Shown here in pieces: positions 25,178 to 34,700 of a stretch of 64,000 nucleotides of DNA. Made by a program: the position numbers and the translations under genes. How positions within the stretch are numbered: position 1 is the first letter of the stretch; every line of letters starts with the position of its first letter. The stretch lies in the NCBI GenBank assembly GCA_017848335.1, contig JAGDAX010000046.1, positions 2,752-66,751 on the forward strand. The letters are read 5' to 3'. A model generated the notes under the pieces. The model worked only from the letters and a program-made list of their open reading frames with translations, had not been told where the DNA came from and searched no databases. The stretch comes from Clostridia bacterium (lineage in GTDB: Bacteria; Bacillota; Clostridia; UBA1212).

Positions 25178-28100
25178 TATTCAAGATCTCCTTTTATTGC
25201 TTCATAATCTATATCATAGATTCTGTACGCATGCCAACCTTTCCGCTTAAAATACTCCAAGGTTCCATTCGTTGTATCCTGTTGGCATATCAATGTATCT
25301 TTAGTCGGCCAGGACATCAAGATATCCTTACCTTCATCTGAATGCTTTATGCTGGTTTCCAAATACTCTGGGATTGGAATCTGGATAGCCGCAAGTTTTG
25401 AAAGGATTGAATGATCTCCCTCATCGAAGAAAGATTCCAGTTCTGTCCAATGATGATACATGTTCGTTGGGTAAGAATGCTCTTTGTCTATTAATTTGTT
25501 CATCCTTGCCTGTTTTTGTGAGGGCTCTTCAATACCTGAAAGAACATCATAGCCGAGAAAATAGTCTTCGATATAGTTCCATCGTTCCTCGTCCCCTTTC
25601 AGATTATTGAAGAACCTCAATAATACCGCCACATCTCTATCGTGTTTCTGTTTTGCTTTCGTCACATAATTATTTGAATAAACGGTATTGCCAAGAACAA
25701 TACTTTTGACCTTATTGGGATCGTTTAGACGAATAAAGATCTCAGGCTCTTCCCCTCCAGCCACCTCATATGTAATGTAATCAAAGATCGAAAGGAGTTT
25801 CAGAGCTGTATTTGAATTATCATCAGATGTCAAACTGATGAATCCTTCGTATGATGCCGCATCATGAATCCTTGCAATATTCTGCATGATATTTGAGCGG
25901 ATGATTGGTCTCCTCATAAACTCTTTGAAGTTGCCATTTGAGAGCGAATGGACTGTTTTTCCCGATGTGTCACCCGTACGATGTTTAACACAACGTGAAT
26001 CAGGATCTACTAGATCAAAAAGCGAGTTCGCAATAATCCTAGCCTTTGTAATGCCATATTTCTCACGAATAACTTTTGTAAATTCTTCTGTCGTAAAGAA
26101 TTGCCGCTTAAACTCAGTGTAAAGCGTATTGGCTATGAATTCAAAATCTTGAAGTATTAATTCTCTTAGTTCAGATAGAAGCATTTCACCCCTGGCTTCA
26201 ATTGTAATCTTTTGACGCGGAGCAATTTTATGCCTAACAGAAGGCATAATGTCCACTTTGTCCGGTGATTGGGAGTTTGCATTAAAAAACCAGTACTTGA
26301 ACTGTGGGAATGAAATGTTGGGATGGAACTCCTCCCAAATGCTTTTGAGATCTAATGTGTATACGTCTCCATTGTCACTCAACAAGCTTCCGTCGGGTTG
26401 TTTTTCCCGATACCTTCCTTTGGATACGAATCTCATGTATTTACCGTACTCAGATGATAGTACCTCGCTTTCACTCTCTTTATTAATACAAATAAATGCT
26501 TTTGTGAAAACACTCTGTGGGCGAGAGATTAAAACTTTAAAATTGTATTTGTCGTAAAAGTCTTTCTCAAGCATTAAGAGGCAAGTCTTGAGCTTGCTAA
26601 TGCAGTCACCCTCATTTTTTCCGTTGAAAATATAAGTAAATGCTTCTGGAGAGATAAGAAAGCTGCGTTCACCTTTTTTGCTTTTGTATGTATCATAAAT
26701 TCCTTCGAGGACTTTTTTTATCTGATACTGTCTTATTTGAGACATGCCAAATAAAACCTTCATAAAAGTCATATCGTTAAAGAAAAAATCAGTAACGGCA
26801 TTTCCTTCCATTGAAGATTTACGAGCAGCTCTTCCTATTTCCTGAACATAGTCCGATAGATTTCCGCTGACAGCATAGTGGTATACGTTCTTGACATCAT
26901 TTACATCTACACCCATACCAAACGCTTTTGTGGCAAGCATTATCGGAGTTGTACCTTTTCTAAAGCTTTCAAACGTTTGCCGCTTCACCTCGTTGAAGGC
27001 CTTGTTGCTCAAATCATCAATATTTCTTCCTGTATATGTTCCTATACGTTTATCGGTTGTGATACCTGCAAATCCCTGCATACCCCTAGACGCATCCCGA
27101 GCCAGGGAAGCATACGGGAAATACACTATCGTTTTTTCATCATTTTTCAGCCAATGCTGTATTCTTTTATCTAGTGCCTGGCATTTGGCTGATTCATATT
27201 CTGGTTTTGGAAGCTTCTGCCCAGTGCCTGGGTGGGTTATCTCAAATTTGACATCATCCCTTCTAACATAACCCAGATATTTAATTGGGTTCTCCATATA
27301 AAGACTTATGATGGTATCACTGACAGAGTCGTCCACGCCTCCGTTGATTGCTGTCGCTGTAAATGCACAGATCGGGAAATGATATACTTTCTGCTTCATC
27401 CCTTTGCTTGTTTGAACACGATTTCTCAATCTGTTAAGATAGCCACCAAGGTACCAATAGTCAGGTCTGAAGCCTACGCCCCACGTCGTAACTATATGAG
27501 CCTCGTCAACGATGATAAGACCAATCTCTCTCTCTCCAATAATAGTTTCGATCGAATACGACAAGAGTGTTTCCGGACTTAGATAAAGAAGATCTACATC
27601 GCCATGCTTAATTCTTTCTAGTACCGCCTCTTTTTCCACTTGAGTAATCAAATCAGAATTAAACGCTTCAACGCGCATATATCCTGATTTGTTAAGCTTT
27701 TCTTTTTGATCCTGCATCAGAGCTTTAACCGGCTCAATGATTATTGTAAGCTTATTGTATTTTTGTGCCAAATACACGGCGGGAATTTGAAACATCAAAG
27801 ATTTTCCTGCCCCAGTAGATGCAGTAATGAATATATCCCGGTAACTATCACCACGAGCATAGTTATACGCATTTTCCGCTTGTCGAATAATCTCATGGAT
27901 GATCTCAGACTGGGATATATCAACGACCTCTTTATTAATATCAGGGCTCTTGTAAAACTTTATTTTCCTGAACTCCTCGAATCCATTAATTCTGATAATA
28001 TCCTTAGCAATCGCTTTTAACTCAGAGTCTAGGCTTTTGTATTCAGGTTTTCTTTCCAGGTATTCAATTAATCTAATTCCATGAAACAAGCAATATGCCT

Positions 28101-28761
28101 GTAACGTTTTTTGTACTCTTTTGGACAGTTCGCCGTTTGTGGATTTTATGCTGATAATGCTCGGTTTTATTCGAATAATGCTCGTAAGATCGCGAAGATA
28201 GGTGTCGATATCTTCATTCAAAAATACATCGTATTGACTTTGAACAGTAGTTTTCTCGATTTCGCAATTCTGTGGATAGTAATCTTTTACAATCACGCCG
28301 TCATCCCGATAATACTCATAATTGTAGAATCCCCCATAGAGAGTACCATCCGCATCAACCAAAGAGTTATATATTGCGAGATAACTCTGGCAAGCAGAAC
28401 TTTGTACAGCGTTTCTATCGCCATTAATGGTCTCGATTATCTCCCTAGATATCTCAGAACTAATGTCGAACTCGATTGGATAATACTCTGGATAAAGATT
28501 ATTCCTAAAGATGACAACCTCAAGCTCATCTTCCGTGATTGCATCATCAATTCTATTTTTAATCAGTGAGTATTCCTCATAGGTCAACCAAGATACATCG
28601 TCCTCGTCTAGAGAAAGAAGTGCAATATCAAGTTTCTTGCGAATATCTTTATCATAGAGCAACACATTCTTTTTCTGGGAAACAGGTATGTTTAATAGAG
28701 GTCGCTGTTCTAGCGCACATAAAAAAGCCTCATCAAATCCCTTATATACTTCTATCCTCAT
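25177..28761 (-). CDS. RecQ-family SF2 DNA helicase, atypical 1194-aa architecture
   Basis: Motif I ASTGAGKSLMFQIPA (aa about 315), motif Ia TIIIEPVKALMQDQ, motif II IIVDEAHIVTTWGVGFRPDY (aa about 417-435), and motif III FTATA. Motif V is ATKAFGMGVDVNDVKNVYHY and motif VI YVQEIGRAARK (aa about 638-648). GGAGGTG RBS. About 300 aa at the N-terminus and about 545 aa at the C-terminus are unassigned. Confidence 0.9.
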   Translation of the reverse strand: MRIEVYKGFDEAFLCALEQRPLLNIPVSQKKNVLLYDKDIRKKLDIALLSLDEDDVSWLTYEEYSLIKNRIDDAITEDELEVVIFRNNLYPEYYPIEFDISSEISREIIETINGDRNAVQSSACQSYLAIYNSLVDADGTLYGGFYNYEYYRDDGVIVKDYYPQNCEIEKTTVQSQYDVFLNEDIDTYLRDLTSIIRIKPSIISIKSTNGELSKRVQKTLQAYCLFHGIRLIEYLERKPEYKSLDSELKAIAKDIIRINGFEEFRKIKFYKSPDINKEVVDISQSEIIHEIIRQAENAYNYARGDSYRDIFITASTGAGKSLMFQIPAVYLAQKYNKLTIIIEPVKALMQDQKEKLNKSGYMRVEAFNSDLITQVEKEAVLERIKHGDVDLLYLSPETLLSYSIETIIGEREIGLIIVDEAHIVTTWGVGFRPDYWYLGGYLNRLRNRVQTSKGMKQKVYHFPICAFTATAINGGVDDSVSDTIISLYMENPIKYLGYVRRDDVKFEITHPGTGQKLPKPEYESAKCQALDKRIQHWLKNDEKTIVYFPYASLARDASRGMQGFAGITTDKRIGTYTGRNIDDLSNKAFNEVKRQTFESFRKGTTPIMLATKAFGMGVDVNDVKNVYHYAVSGNLSDYVQEIGRAARKSSMEGNAVTDFFFNDMTFMKVLFGMSQIRQYQIKKVLEGIYDTYKSKKGERSFLISPEAFTYIFNGKNEGDCISKLKTCLLMLEKDFYDKYNFKVLISRPQSVFTKAFICINKESESEVLSSEYGKYMRFVSKGRYREKQPDGSLLSDNGDVYTLDLKSIWEEFHPNISFPQFKYWFFNANSQSPDKVDIMPSVRHKIAPRQKITIEARGEMLLSELRELILQDFEFIANTLYTEFKRQFFTTEEFTKVIREKYGITKARIIANSLFDLVDPDSRCVKHRTGDTSGKTVHSLSNGNFKEFMRRPIIRSNIMQNIARIHDAASYEGFISLTSDDNSNTALKLLSIFDYITYEVAGGEEPEIFIRLNDPNKVKSIVLGNTVYSNNYVTKAKQKHDRDVAVLLRFFNNLKGDEERWNYIEDYFLGYDVLSGIEEPSQKQARMNKLIDKEHSYPTNMYHHWTELESFFDEGDHSILSKLAAIQIPIPEYLETSIKHSDEGKDILMSWPTKDTLICQQDTTNGTLEYFKRKGWHAYRIYDIDYEAIKGDLE

Positions 28762-29085
28762 ATTGCACCTCCATATTTCTCTTGCTAAAAAGAATAATAA
28801 CGTGTTTGCACATTTATAGCTATCATATTTATATGAGTTTTTTTCTGATTATCTTCAGTTCACCGTTGATATAGCATATCGTTTTAAATTATACGGTAAT
28901 TATCTTTCAAATAACTCCCTGGAGGGTGAAGGAACGTCCATAAGCGCCCTGAGAAAATCTGAGAGGAACGTTCTGTTTTTCTGGACATTAAGCGGTTTTC
29001 GAGCTTTCGATCTCGCGAAATCATGAGGGATTTTTTCTAAAAGAAGTATCCTGAAACAGGCCCAAAATGCTGCTTATTTGCTGCA

Positions 29086-29238
29086 TTACATGGACAATTC
29101 GTGTATTCCGCAAGACAACAAGTACTTATAAATGGCATCGTAGTATGCGTGGTCCCTGGTCGGATCCTCTTCTGAATCCACACCCTCCGGAACGAAAATA
29201 ACCATGCCTTGGCGAGCCCTGGTCAGCAGAACACGATA
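29086..29238 (-). pseudogene. C-terminal remnant of a DUF2075-type (UvrD-C-like) helicase gene
   Basis: The minus-strand frame reads YRVLLTRARQGMVIFVPEGVDSEEDPTRDHAYYDAIYKYLLSCGIHELSM*. An in-frame stop lies just upstream at 29257-29259, and there is no N-terminal part. The pattern matches my memory of DUF2075 C-termini. Confidence 0.5.
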
Positions 29239-29270
29239 AGAATTAACTAAGTATACTCATTATCTCCAAA

Positions 29271-29359
29271 GAGTCCCACCATGGTCCGCAGTGCGTTGCC
29301 GCCTTATGCGTGGTGGGCTCTGTCGGTTATAGGATATACCCCGCTTGACCTTTTGTCAA
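29271..29359 (-). promoter_or_regulatory. Orphan sigma-70-type promoter followed by a 10-bp hairpin
   Basis: On the minus strand: TTGACA (29359-29354), a 17-nt spacer, then TATCCT (29336-29331). A hairpin follows, GAGCCCACCA...TGGTGGGACTC (29320-29271), then TTTGG. Confidence 0.35.
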
Positions 29360-29627
29360 TATGAATCCCCCGAACTGTTGCGTGATTTGCAACGGTTCCG
29401 GGCCCAATCCGGGCCGGTATTTTCGAAGCTTTAACACAGAGCGTTAAGACTTAACAAAGAGCTCGAAGCTTTAACACAGAACTCTATGCTATAACACGGT
29501 TTAACAGGGAAAGCCCCGTAACAATGACGGAACCCCTTGTTCAAATGAAAAAACAAGACAGAAAAGGCAAGCAGACAAGACAAAAAGGCAAGAAAACAAG
29601 ACAGTAAGCAAAACGACAAAGCAAGAC

Positions 29628-29660
29628 AAAAAAACGAGACCATCCCAAAAGATGATCTCG
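29628..29660 (-). terminator. Rho-independent terminator of rplM-rpsI
   Basis: On the minus strand: CGAGATCATC, loop ttttgg, GATGGTCTCG, followed by TTTTTTT. Confidence 0.8.
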
Positions 29661-29699
29661 TGCCTGGTGATCTGATAATAGATGATCTGAGAATTTCGG

Positions 29700-30089
29700 T
29701 TATCTCTTCGAGAACTGGGGCGCTCTTCTTGCCTTCTTGAGACCGTACTTTTTGCGCTCCTTCATACGGGGATCCCTGGTAAGGAAGCCGGCCGATTTGA
29801 GGTCCGCCTTGTAAGCTTCGTCCGCCACTACGAGAGCTCTTGCCACGCCGTGTCTGATGGCGCCTGCCTGTCCGGTGAATCCGCCGCCCATCACCTTGAC
29901 CGTGACGTCGAATTTCTTGTCCGCGCCGGTAAGCTCTATAGGCTGACGGCAAATGTATCTCAAGGTCTCGAGACCGAAATATTCGTCAAGTGTTTTGCCA
30001 TTGACAGTGAAGCTGCCGCTGCCGGGTACAAGCACGACCTGGGCGATGGCCTTCTTCCTTCTGCCTGTTGCACTAAATCTATCTGCCAT
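29700..30089 (-). CDS. rpsI: 30S ribosomal protein S9
   Basis: 129 aa ending ...[17 protein letters not shown]. Confidence 0.98.
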   Translation of the reverse strand: MADRFSATGRRKKAIAQVVLVPGSGSFTVNGKTLDEYFGLETLRYICRQPIELTGADKKFDVTVKVMGGGFTGQAGAIRHGVARALVVADEAYKADLKSAGFLTRDPRMKERKKYGLKKARRAPQFSKR

Positions 30090-30107
30090 AACTCATTCCT
30101 CCGTTAA

Positions 30108-30536
30108 TCAGAATTCGTAGTTTTCAGGCTGCTGGGCCGCGTGGGTGTGCTCAGGTCCTGCGAAAACTTTAAGCTTCTTGAACATCGCTCTGCCGAGGGG
30201 ATTCTTGGGAAGCATGCCCTTAACGGCGTATTCTACGGCATAGGTGGGATGCTTGGCCATCATGTTCTTCAGGTTGAGCTCCTTGAGGCCGCCTGCGTAT
30301 CCGGTGTGATGTCTGTAAAGCTTGCCCGTTAATTTTTTGCCGGTAACAGTGACTTTAGAAGCGTTCACAACTATAACGTAATCGCCGGTATCGAGGAAGG
30401 GTGTGTATTCGGGCTTCTTTTTGCCCATGAGAAGCATTGCGACCTCGGTGGCGAGGCGGCCGAGAGTTTTGCCCTCCGCGTCAATGACATACCATTTCTT
30501 CTCGATTTCGCCGGCTTTTGCAACATATGTCTTCAT
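30108..30536 (-). CDS. rplM: 50S ribosomal protein L13
   Basis: 142 aa. Begins [29 protein letters not shown]. Confidence 0.98.
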   Translation of the reverse strand: MKTYVAKAGEIEKKWYVIDAEGKTLGRLATEVAMLLMGKKKPEYTPFLDTGDYVIVVNASKVTVTGKKLTGKLYRHHTGYAGGLKELNLKNMMAKHPTYAVEYAVKGMLPKNPLGRAMFKKLKVFAGPEHTHAAQQPENYEF

Positions 30537-30677
30537 ATTTTGAAAAACCTCCTGTGAAATATTCGGAGCGGTCCGCCGCGGATGAGTCCCGACCGGTTGC
30601 TGACCGGTTACCGTTTCTGCCCGACAAGAGCCCCGTTAATCCATAAAATTGTGCCGCTCCAAAACGCGGCGAAGTGT

Positions 30678-30706
30678 ATAATACCATCTGAATGTGGGCT
30701 TGTCAA
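30678..30706 (-). promoter_or_regulatory. Promoter of rplM-rpsI with a structured leader of about 135 nt (possible L13 autoregulatory leader)
   Basis: On the minus strand: TTGACA (30706-30701), a 17-nt spacer, then TATTAT (30683-30678). The leader 30537-30670 contains several hairpins. The L13-leader assignment is not verified. Confidence 0.55.
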
Positions 30707-30820
30707 GTTCGTTAAGTGCGAAATTTCAAAGATTTTGGCGAAATTTCGCGTTTTTCAGCAAATAGCCCTCTAAATCTCTCTTTTTCTCTCTTTTTCTCGT
30801 TTTTTCTCGCTTTTTCTTGC

Positions 30821-31504
30821 TCAAGACATAAAAATTTGATCCATTTTGGCGTCGTGAGGCAAAACCGCCACTGACGGCAGTACCAGCTCGCTGAAGCAGA
30901 CTCCGCAGACGCTTTCAAAGTGAGAACGGTGCTCCGAAAGGTATTTGTCGAAGAATCCCTTGCCGCGCCCGAGGCGGTTTCCTCCTGAGTCAAATGCCAA
31001 ACCGGGGCAGAGAAGGACGCTGCGTTCCGGGATATTTTCCGCCCGTGGAAATACGGATGCGTCGGGCTCGCGTGTGCCGTAGGCGCCGGAATTGAAGCCC
31101 TTGCCCGAGAATAATTCGCGCGAACGGAACTTTCCCGTGAACTCTGCCACGTATTCCGGGGAGCTCATATCAGGCACCGGGAACCCGCGGTTCAGGCAGC
31201 TTTCGTTCGAGCCTTCGATTGCGGCTGTCACGTCGCAGAAGAACATTTCCCCGGTCTCTTCGCACACGGGAAGAAAAACGTGCCGCCCCAAAGCCACCGC
31301 AGCCGAAAAAAGCGCATAAAGCTCCGGCTCGCCCCTGATGGCCGAATACGCGAAAATATTTTCCGCCGTTTTGAATTCGCGGGAATTGAATATGCTGCAG
31401 ACGATTCCGGCGGATTTCCCGGCAAGCTCCGACGGATCAAGCCCGTCAATAATGCTCTTGGCGTACCGGCGCTGGGCCTTCTTCAGTGCGATGTGTTTTT
31501 CCAT
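30821..31504 (-). CDS. 5-formyltetrahydrofolate cyclo-ligase
   Basis: GLAFDSGGNRLGRGKGFFDKYL motif. The start is chosen at MEKHIALKKAQRR (31504). It carries an internal extension relative to typical members. Confidence 0.8.
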   Translation of the reverse strand: MEKHIALKKAQRRYAKSIIDGLDPSELAGKSAGIVCSIFNSREFKTAENIFAYSAIRGEPELYALFSAAVALGRHVFLPVCEETGEMFFCDVTAAIEGSNESCLNRGFPVPDMSSPEYVAEFTGKFRSRELFSGKGFNSGAYGTREPDASVFPRAENIPERSVLLCPGLAFDSGGNRLGRGKGFFDKYLSEHRSHFESVCGVCFSELVLPSVAVLPHDAKMDQIFMS

Positions 31505-31603
31505 TGCTGCAACCTTTTTTGATAACTTATCTGATAGCGCTTCGCCTCTTGATCCGCATACCGGCAGGCAACCCAAAGGCCGCGGCGTCCGGACTCACAA
31601 CCG

Positions 31604-31737
31604 CCCGGACGCAGCGCTCAAAGCTCAGAGCCGTCTCAAAGCTCAGCGCCGCGCCTCAGAACTTACCGCCGGGCCCAAAAGCCCGGCCCGGACGCCGCGC
31701 TCAAAGCTCAGAGCCGTCTCAAGGCTCAGCACCGCGC
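31604..31737. repeat. Two copies of a ~51-nt unit (CCCGGACGCMGCGCTCAAAGCTCAGAGCCGTCTCAARGCTCAGCRCCGCGC) separated by 32 nt
   Basis: Copies at 31604-31654 and 31687-31737. The second copy overlaps the last ileS codons. Confidence 0.85.
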
Positions 31738-34700
31738 GATCGAGATCGTGGTGTTCTCGCCGTTTATGTCCCACTCCCTGGTGGACCCGCCGGGGATGAC
31801 CGCGTCCGCGAAGCCGTCGCACAGCACGTCGTGAGCGATTTCCGCGGCATGCGCCTTCACAGCCTCGGCCACCGTGGCCGTGCCGCCGATGAACACGTTG
31901 ACGTGGTCGGTGACGTCGAAGCCCGCGTCCTTGCGCATGGTCTGGATCTTGCTGATGATCTCGCGGCAGTAGCCCTCGGAGATGAGCTCAGGCGTGAGGT
32001 TGGTGTCGATGGCCACCGCGAAGCCGGGCTCGGAGGCGGAGGCGTAGCCGCTGACCTTGCCCACGTCGATGAGAAGGTCCTCCGTGAGCAGCTCGACGGG
32101 CCCCGACGGAAGGTTCAGCACCAGCTTGCCGGTCTCGTCCAGCTCCTTCTTGGCGGCGTTGCCGTCGACGGAGGCGAGGGCGGGCCGTATCTCGCCCAGA
32201 AGCTTCCCGAACTTGGGCCCCACGGTCTTGAGCTGGGGCTTGAAGGTGTACGTGGAAAATCTGGACATGTCCGCCGTGAATTCCACGTTCCGGATGTTGA
32301 GCTCGTCCTCGATTATCGCCTTGAATTCGCCGGTGAGGGGACTTGGCGCGGAGACGTACATTACCGAAAGAGGCTGCCTGTTCTTGATGGCGGCGTCGTT
32401 TCTGCAGGCTCTGCCCAGGGCCACTATCTTGAGGACCTCTTCCATGGAGGCCTCAAGGCCGCTGTCGATGAGGCTCTCGTCCGCGGCGGGATAATCGCAC
32501 AGGTGGACGCTCTCGGGTGCGGACGCGTCAATATTTACCACGAGGTTCCGGTAGATCTCCTCGGTCATGAACGGGATCATGGGCGCGGCAAGCTTGCTGA
32601 CGGTCACCAGGGCGGTGTAGAGCGTCATGTAGGCGTTTATCTTGTCCTCCGTGAGGTTCTTGCCCCAGAAGCGCTCGCGGCTCCTGCGGACGTACCAGTT
32701 GCTCATTTCGTCCACGAAATCCTGCAGGCACCTGGCAGCTTCGGTGATGTGATATTCCCCGAGGTTGCCGTCGGTCTCCTTGATGACCGTGTTGAGCTTG
32801 GAGAGCAGCCACCTGTCCATGCTGCCCAGCTTCGCGGGGTCGAGCCTGTACTTCGTGGGGTCGAACTCGTCGATGCCCGCGTAAAGCACGTAGAACGCGT
32901 AGGTGTTCCAGAGGGTGCCCAGGAATTTGCGCTGGCCTTCATTCACGGCCTCGAAGTAGAACTTGTTGGGCAGCCAGGGCGCGCTGTTCTCGTAGAAGTA
33001 CCACCTCACCGCGTCGGCGCCGTGATCCTCGAGGGCCTTGAAGGGATCCACCGCGTTGCCCTTGGATTTGCTCATCTTCTGGCCGAACTCGTCGAGCACG
33101 AGCCCCAGCACCACCACGTTCTTGTAGGGCGCCTTGTCGAACAGCAGCGTCGAAATGGCCAGCAGCGAATAGAACCAGCCGCGTGTCTGGTCCACGGCCT
33201 CCGAAATGAAGTCAGCGGGGAAATTCTCGTTGAAGATATCCTGATTCTCGAAGGGGTAGTGCCACTGCGCGAAGGGCATTGCGCCCGAATCGAACCAGCA
33301 GTCGATGACCTCCGGGACCCTCTTCATGGTGCCGCCGCAGTCGGGGCACTTCACGGTCACCGCGTCAATGTACGGCCTGTGAAGCTCTATGTCGTCGGGG
33401 CAGTTGTCGGAAAGCTTTTTGAGCTCGTCAATGGAACCCACCGAGATCCGGCTGCCGCAGGAGCACTCCCAGATGTTGAGAGGCGTTCCCCAATAACGGT
33501 TGCGGCTGACGCCCCAGTCCTGAACGTTTTCGAGCCAGCTGCCGAAGCGGCCCTTGCCGATGCCCTCGGGGATCCAGTTGACGGTGTTGTTGTTGGCGAT
33601 GAGCCTGTCGCGGACGGCGGTCATCTTGATGAACCAGGAGTCGCGGGCGTAGTAAATAAGCGGCGTGTCGCAGCGCCAGCAGAAGGGGTAGCTGTGCTCG
33701 AATTTGAGCTTTTTAAAGAGCAGACCGCGTGAACGGAGCTCGTCCATAATGAGCGGATCCGCATTCTTGCAGAAGGTGCCCGCCCAGGGAGTCTCCTCCG
33801 TCATTTCGCCCTTTGCGTTGACGAGCTGCACGAAGGGGAGTCCGTACTTTTTGCCCACGTTGCTGTCGTCCTCGCCGAAGGCGGGAGCAATGTGAACCAC
33901 GCCGGTGCCGTCCGTGAGCGTGACGTAATTGTCGCACACGATATAGAATGCCTTTTCGTTTGCGTTCAGCTTCGCGAACGGGAAGAGCGGCTCGTATTCC
34001 TTGTATTCGAGGTCGCGGCCGGTGTACTTCGCGAGAATTTCAACGTCCCCGCCAAGCACAGCGGGCACCAGCGCCTCCGCCATATAGTAGGTGTCTTCGC
34101 CGGATTTTACCTTAACGTAGGTCTCGGCCGGGTTGACGCACAGCGCCACGTTTGAGGGCAGCGTCCAGGGTGTGGTGGTCCAGGCCAGCACGTAGGCGTC
34201 CTCGTCCTTCACCTTGAACTTCGCGATAACACTTGTCTCCTTCACGTCCTTGTAGCCCTGGGCGACCTCGTGGGAAGACAGGGGCGTTCCGCAACGGGGG
34301 CAGTAGGGAACTATCTTGTAGCCTTTGTAGAGGAGGCCCTTGTCCCAGATCTGCTTGAGCGCCCACCACTCGGACTCGATGAAGTCGTTGTGATAGGTCA
34401 CGTAGGGATCGTCCATGTCCGCCCAGAATCCGACGGTGGATGAGAAGTCCTCCCACATGCCCTTGTATTTCCAGACGCTCTCCTTGCACTTGTCGATGAA
34501 GGGCTCGAGCCCGTAGGCCTCGATCTGCTCCTTCCCGTCAAGACCCAGCTCCTTTTCGACCTCGAGCTCCACGGGAAGACCGTGGGTGTCCCAGCCGGCC
34601 TTGCGGAGGACCTTGTATCCCTTCATGGTCTTGTAGCGGGGGATCATGTCCTTTATGACGCGCGTCAATACGTGCCCGATGTGGGGCTTGCCGTTGGCCG

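Larger units (their letters stand above)
24700..29085. other. AT-rich genomic island (probably horizontally acquired) with no visible mobility gene
   Basis: Composition shifts abruptly against the GC-rich flanks. The island holds one large ORF with AT-rich codons. Its boundaries are approximate. Confidence 0.6.

Noticed and set aside
25600-28300. A PD-(D/E)xK-type nuclease motif in the helicase N-terminal region (around DDGVIVKDYYPQNCEIEK)
   Set aside because: On checking the spacing, the residues do not form a D...(D/E)xK pattern (it reads E-I-E-K). No nuclease claim can be supported from sequence alone.
25398-28874. Plus-strand ORFs inside the AT-rich island (for example 28111-28569, 27232-27582 and 26891-27271)
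   Set aside because: All lie antisense within the 1194-aa helicase ORF. Their translations are Ile/Phe/Leu/Ser-rich, as expected from AT-rich antisense DNA, and they have no RBS.
28880-29085. Small ORFs upstream of the helicase (for example minus-strand MISRDRKLENRLMSRK..., 46 aa)
   Set aside because: They have no RBS and no recognisable motif. The region looks like decayed non-coding DNA between the helicase promoter and the DUF2075 remnant.
24700-29100. Flanking direct repeats or a target-site duplication for the island
   Set aside because: The only shared word found by eye is about 8-10 nt (GAGAAAATMT, near 24762 and 28952). That is too short and too internal to support an att site.
31486-33732. 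Very long ORFs antisense to conserved genes: 748 aa opposite ileS, 54494-56251 opposite secA, 14498-15892 opposite uvrC, and 40743-42362 opposite the esterase. Also 17211-18596, 12455-13552 and 48938-50308.
   Set aside because: These are typical shadow ORFs of GC-rich DNA. Their translations are Arg/Gly/His/Leu-rich low complexity, while the opposite strand encodes clearly recognisable proteins.
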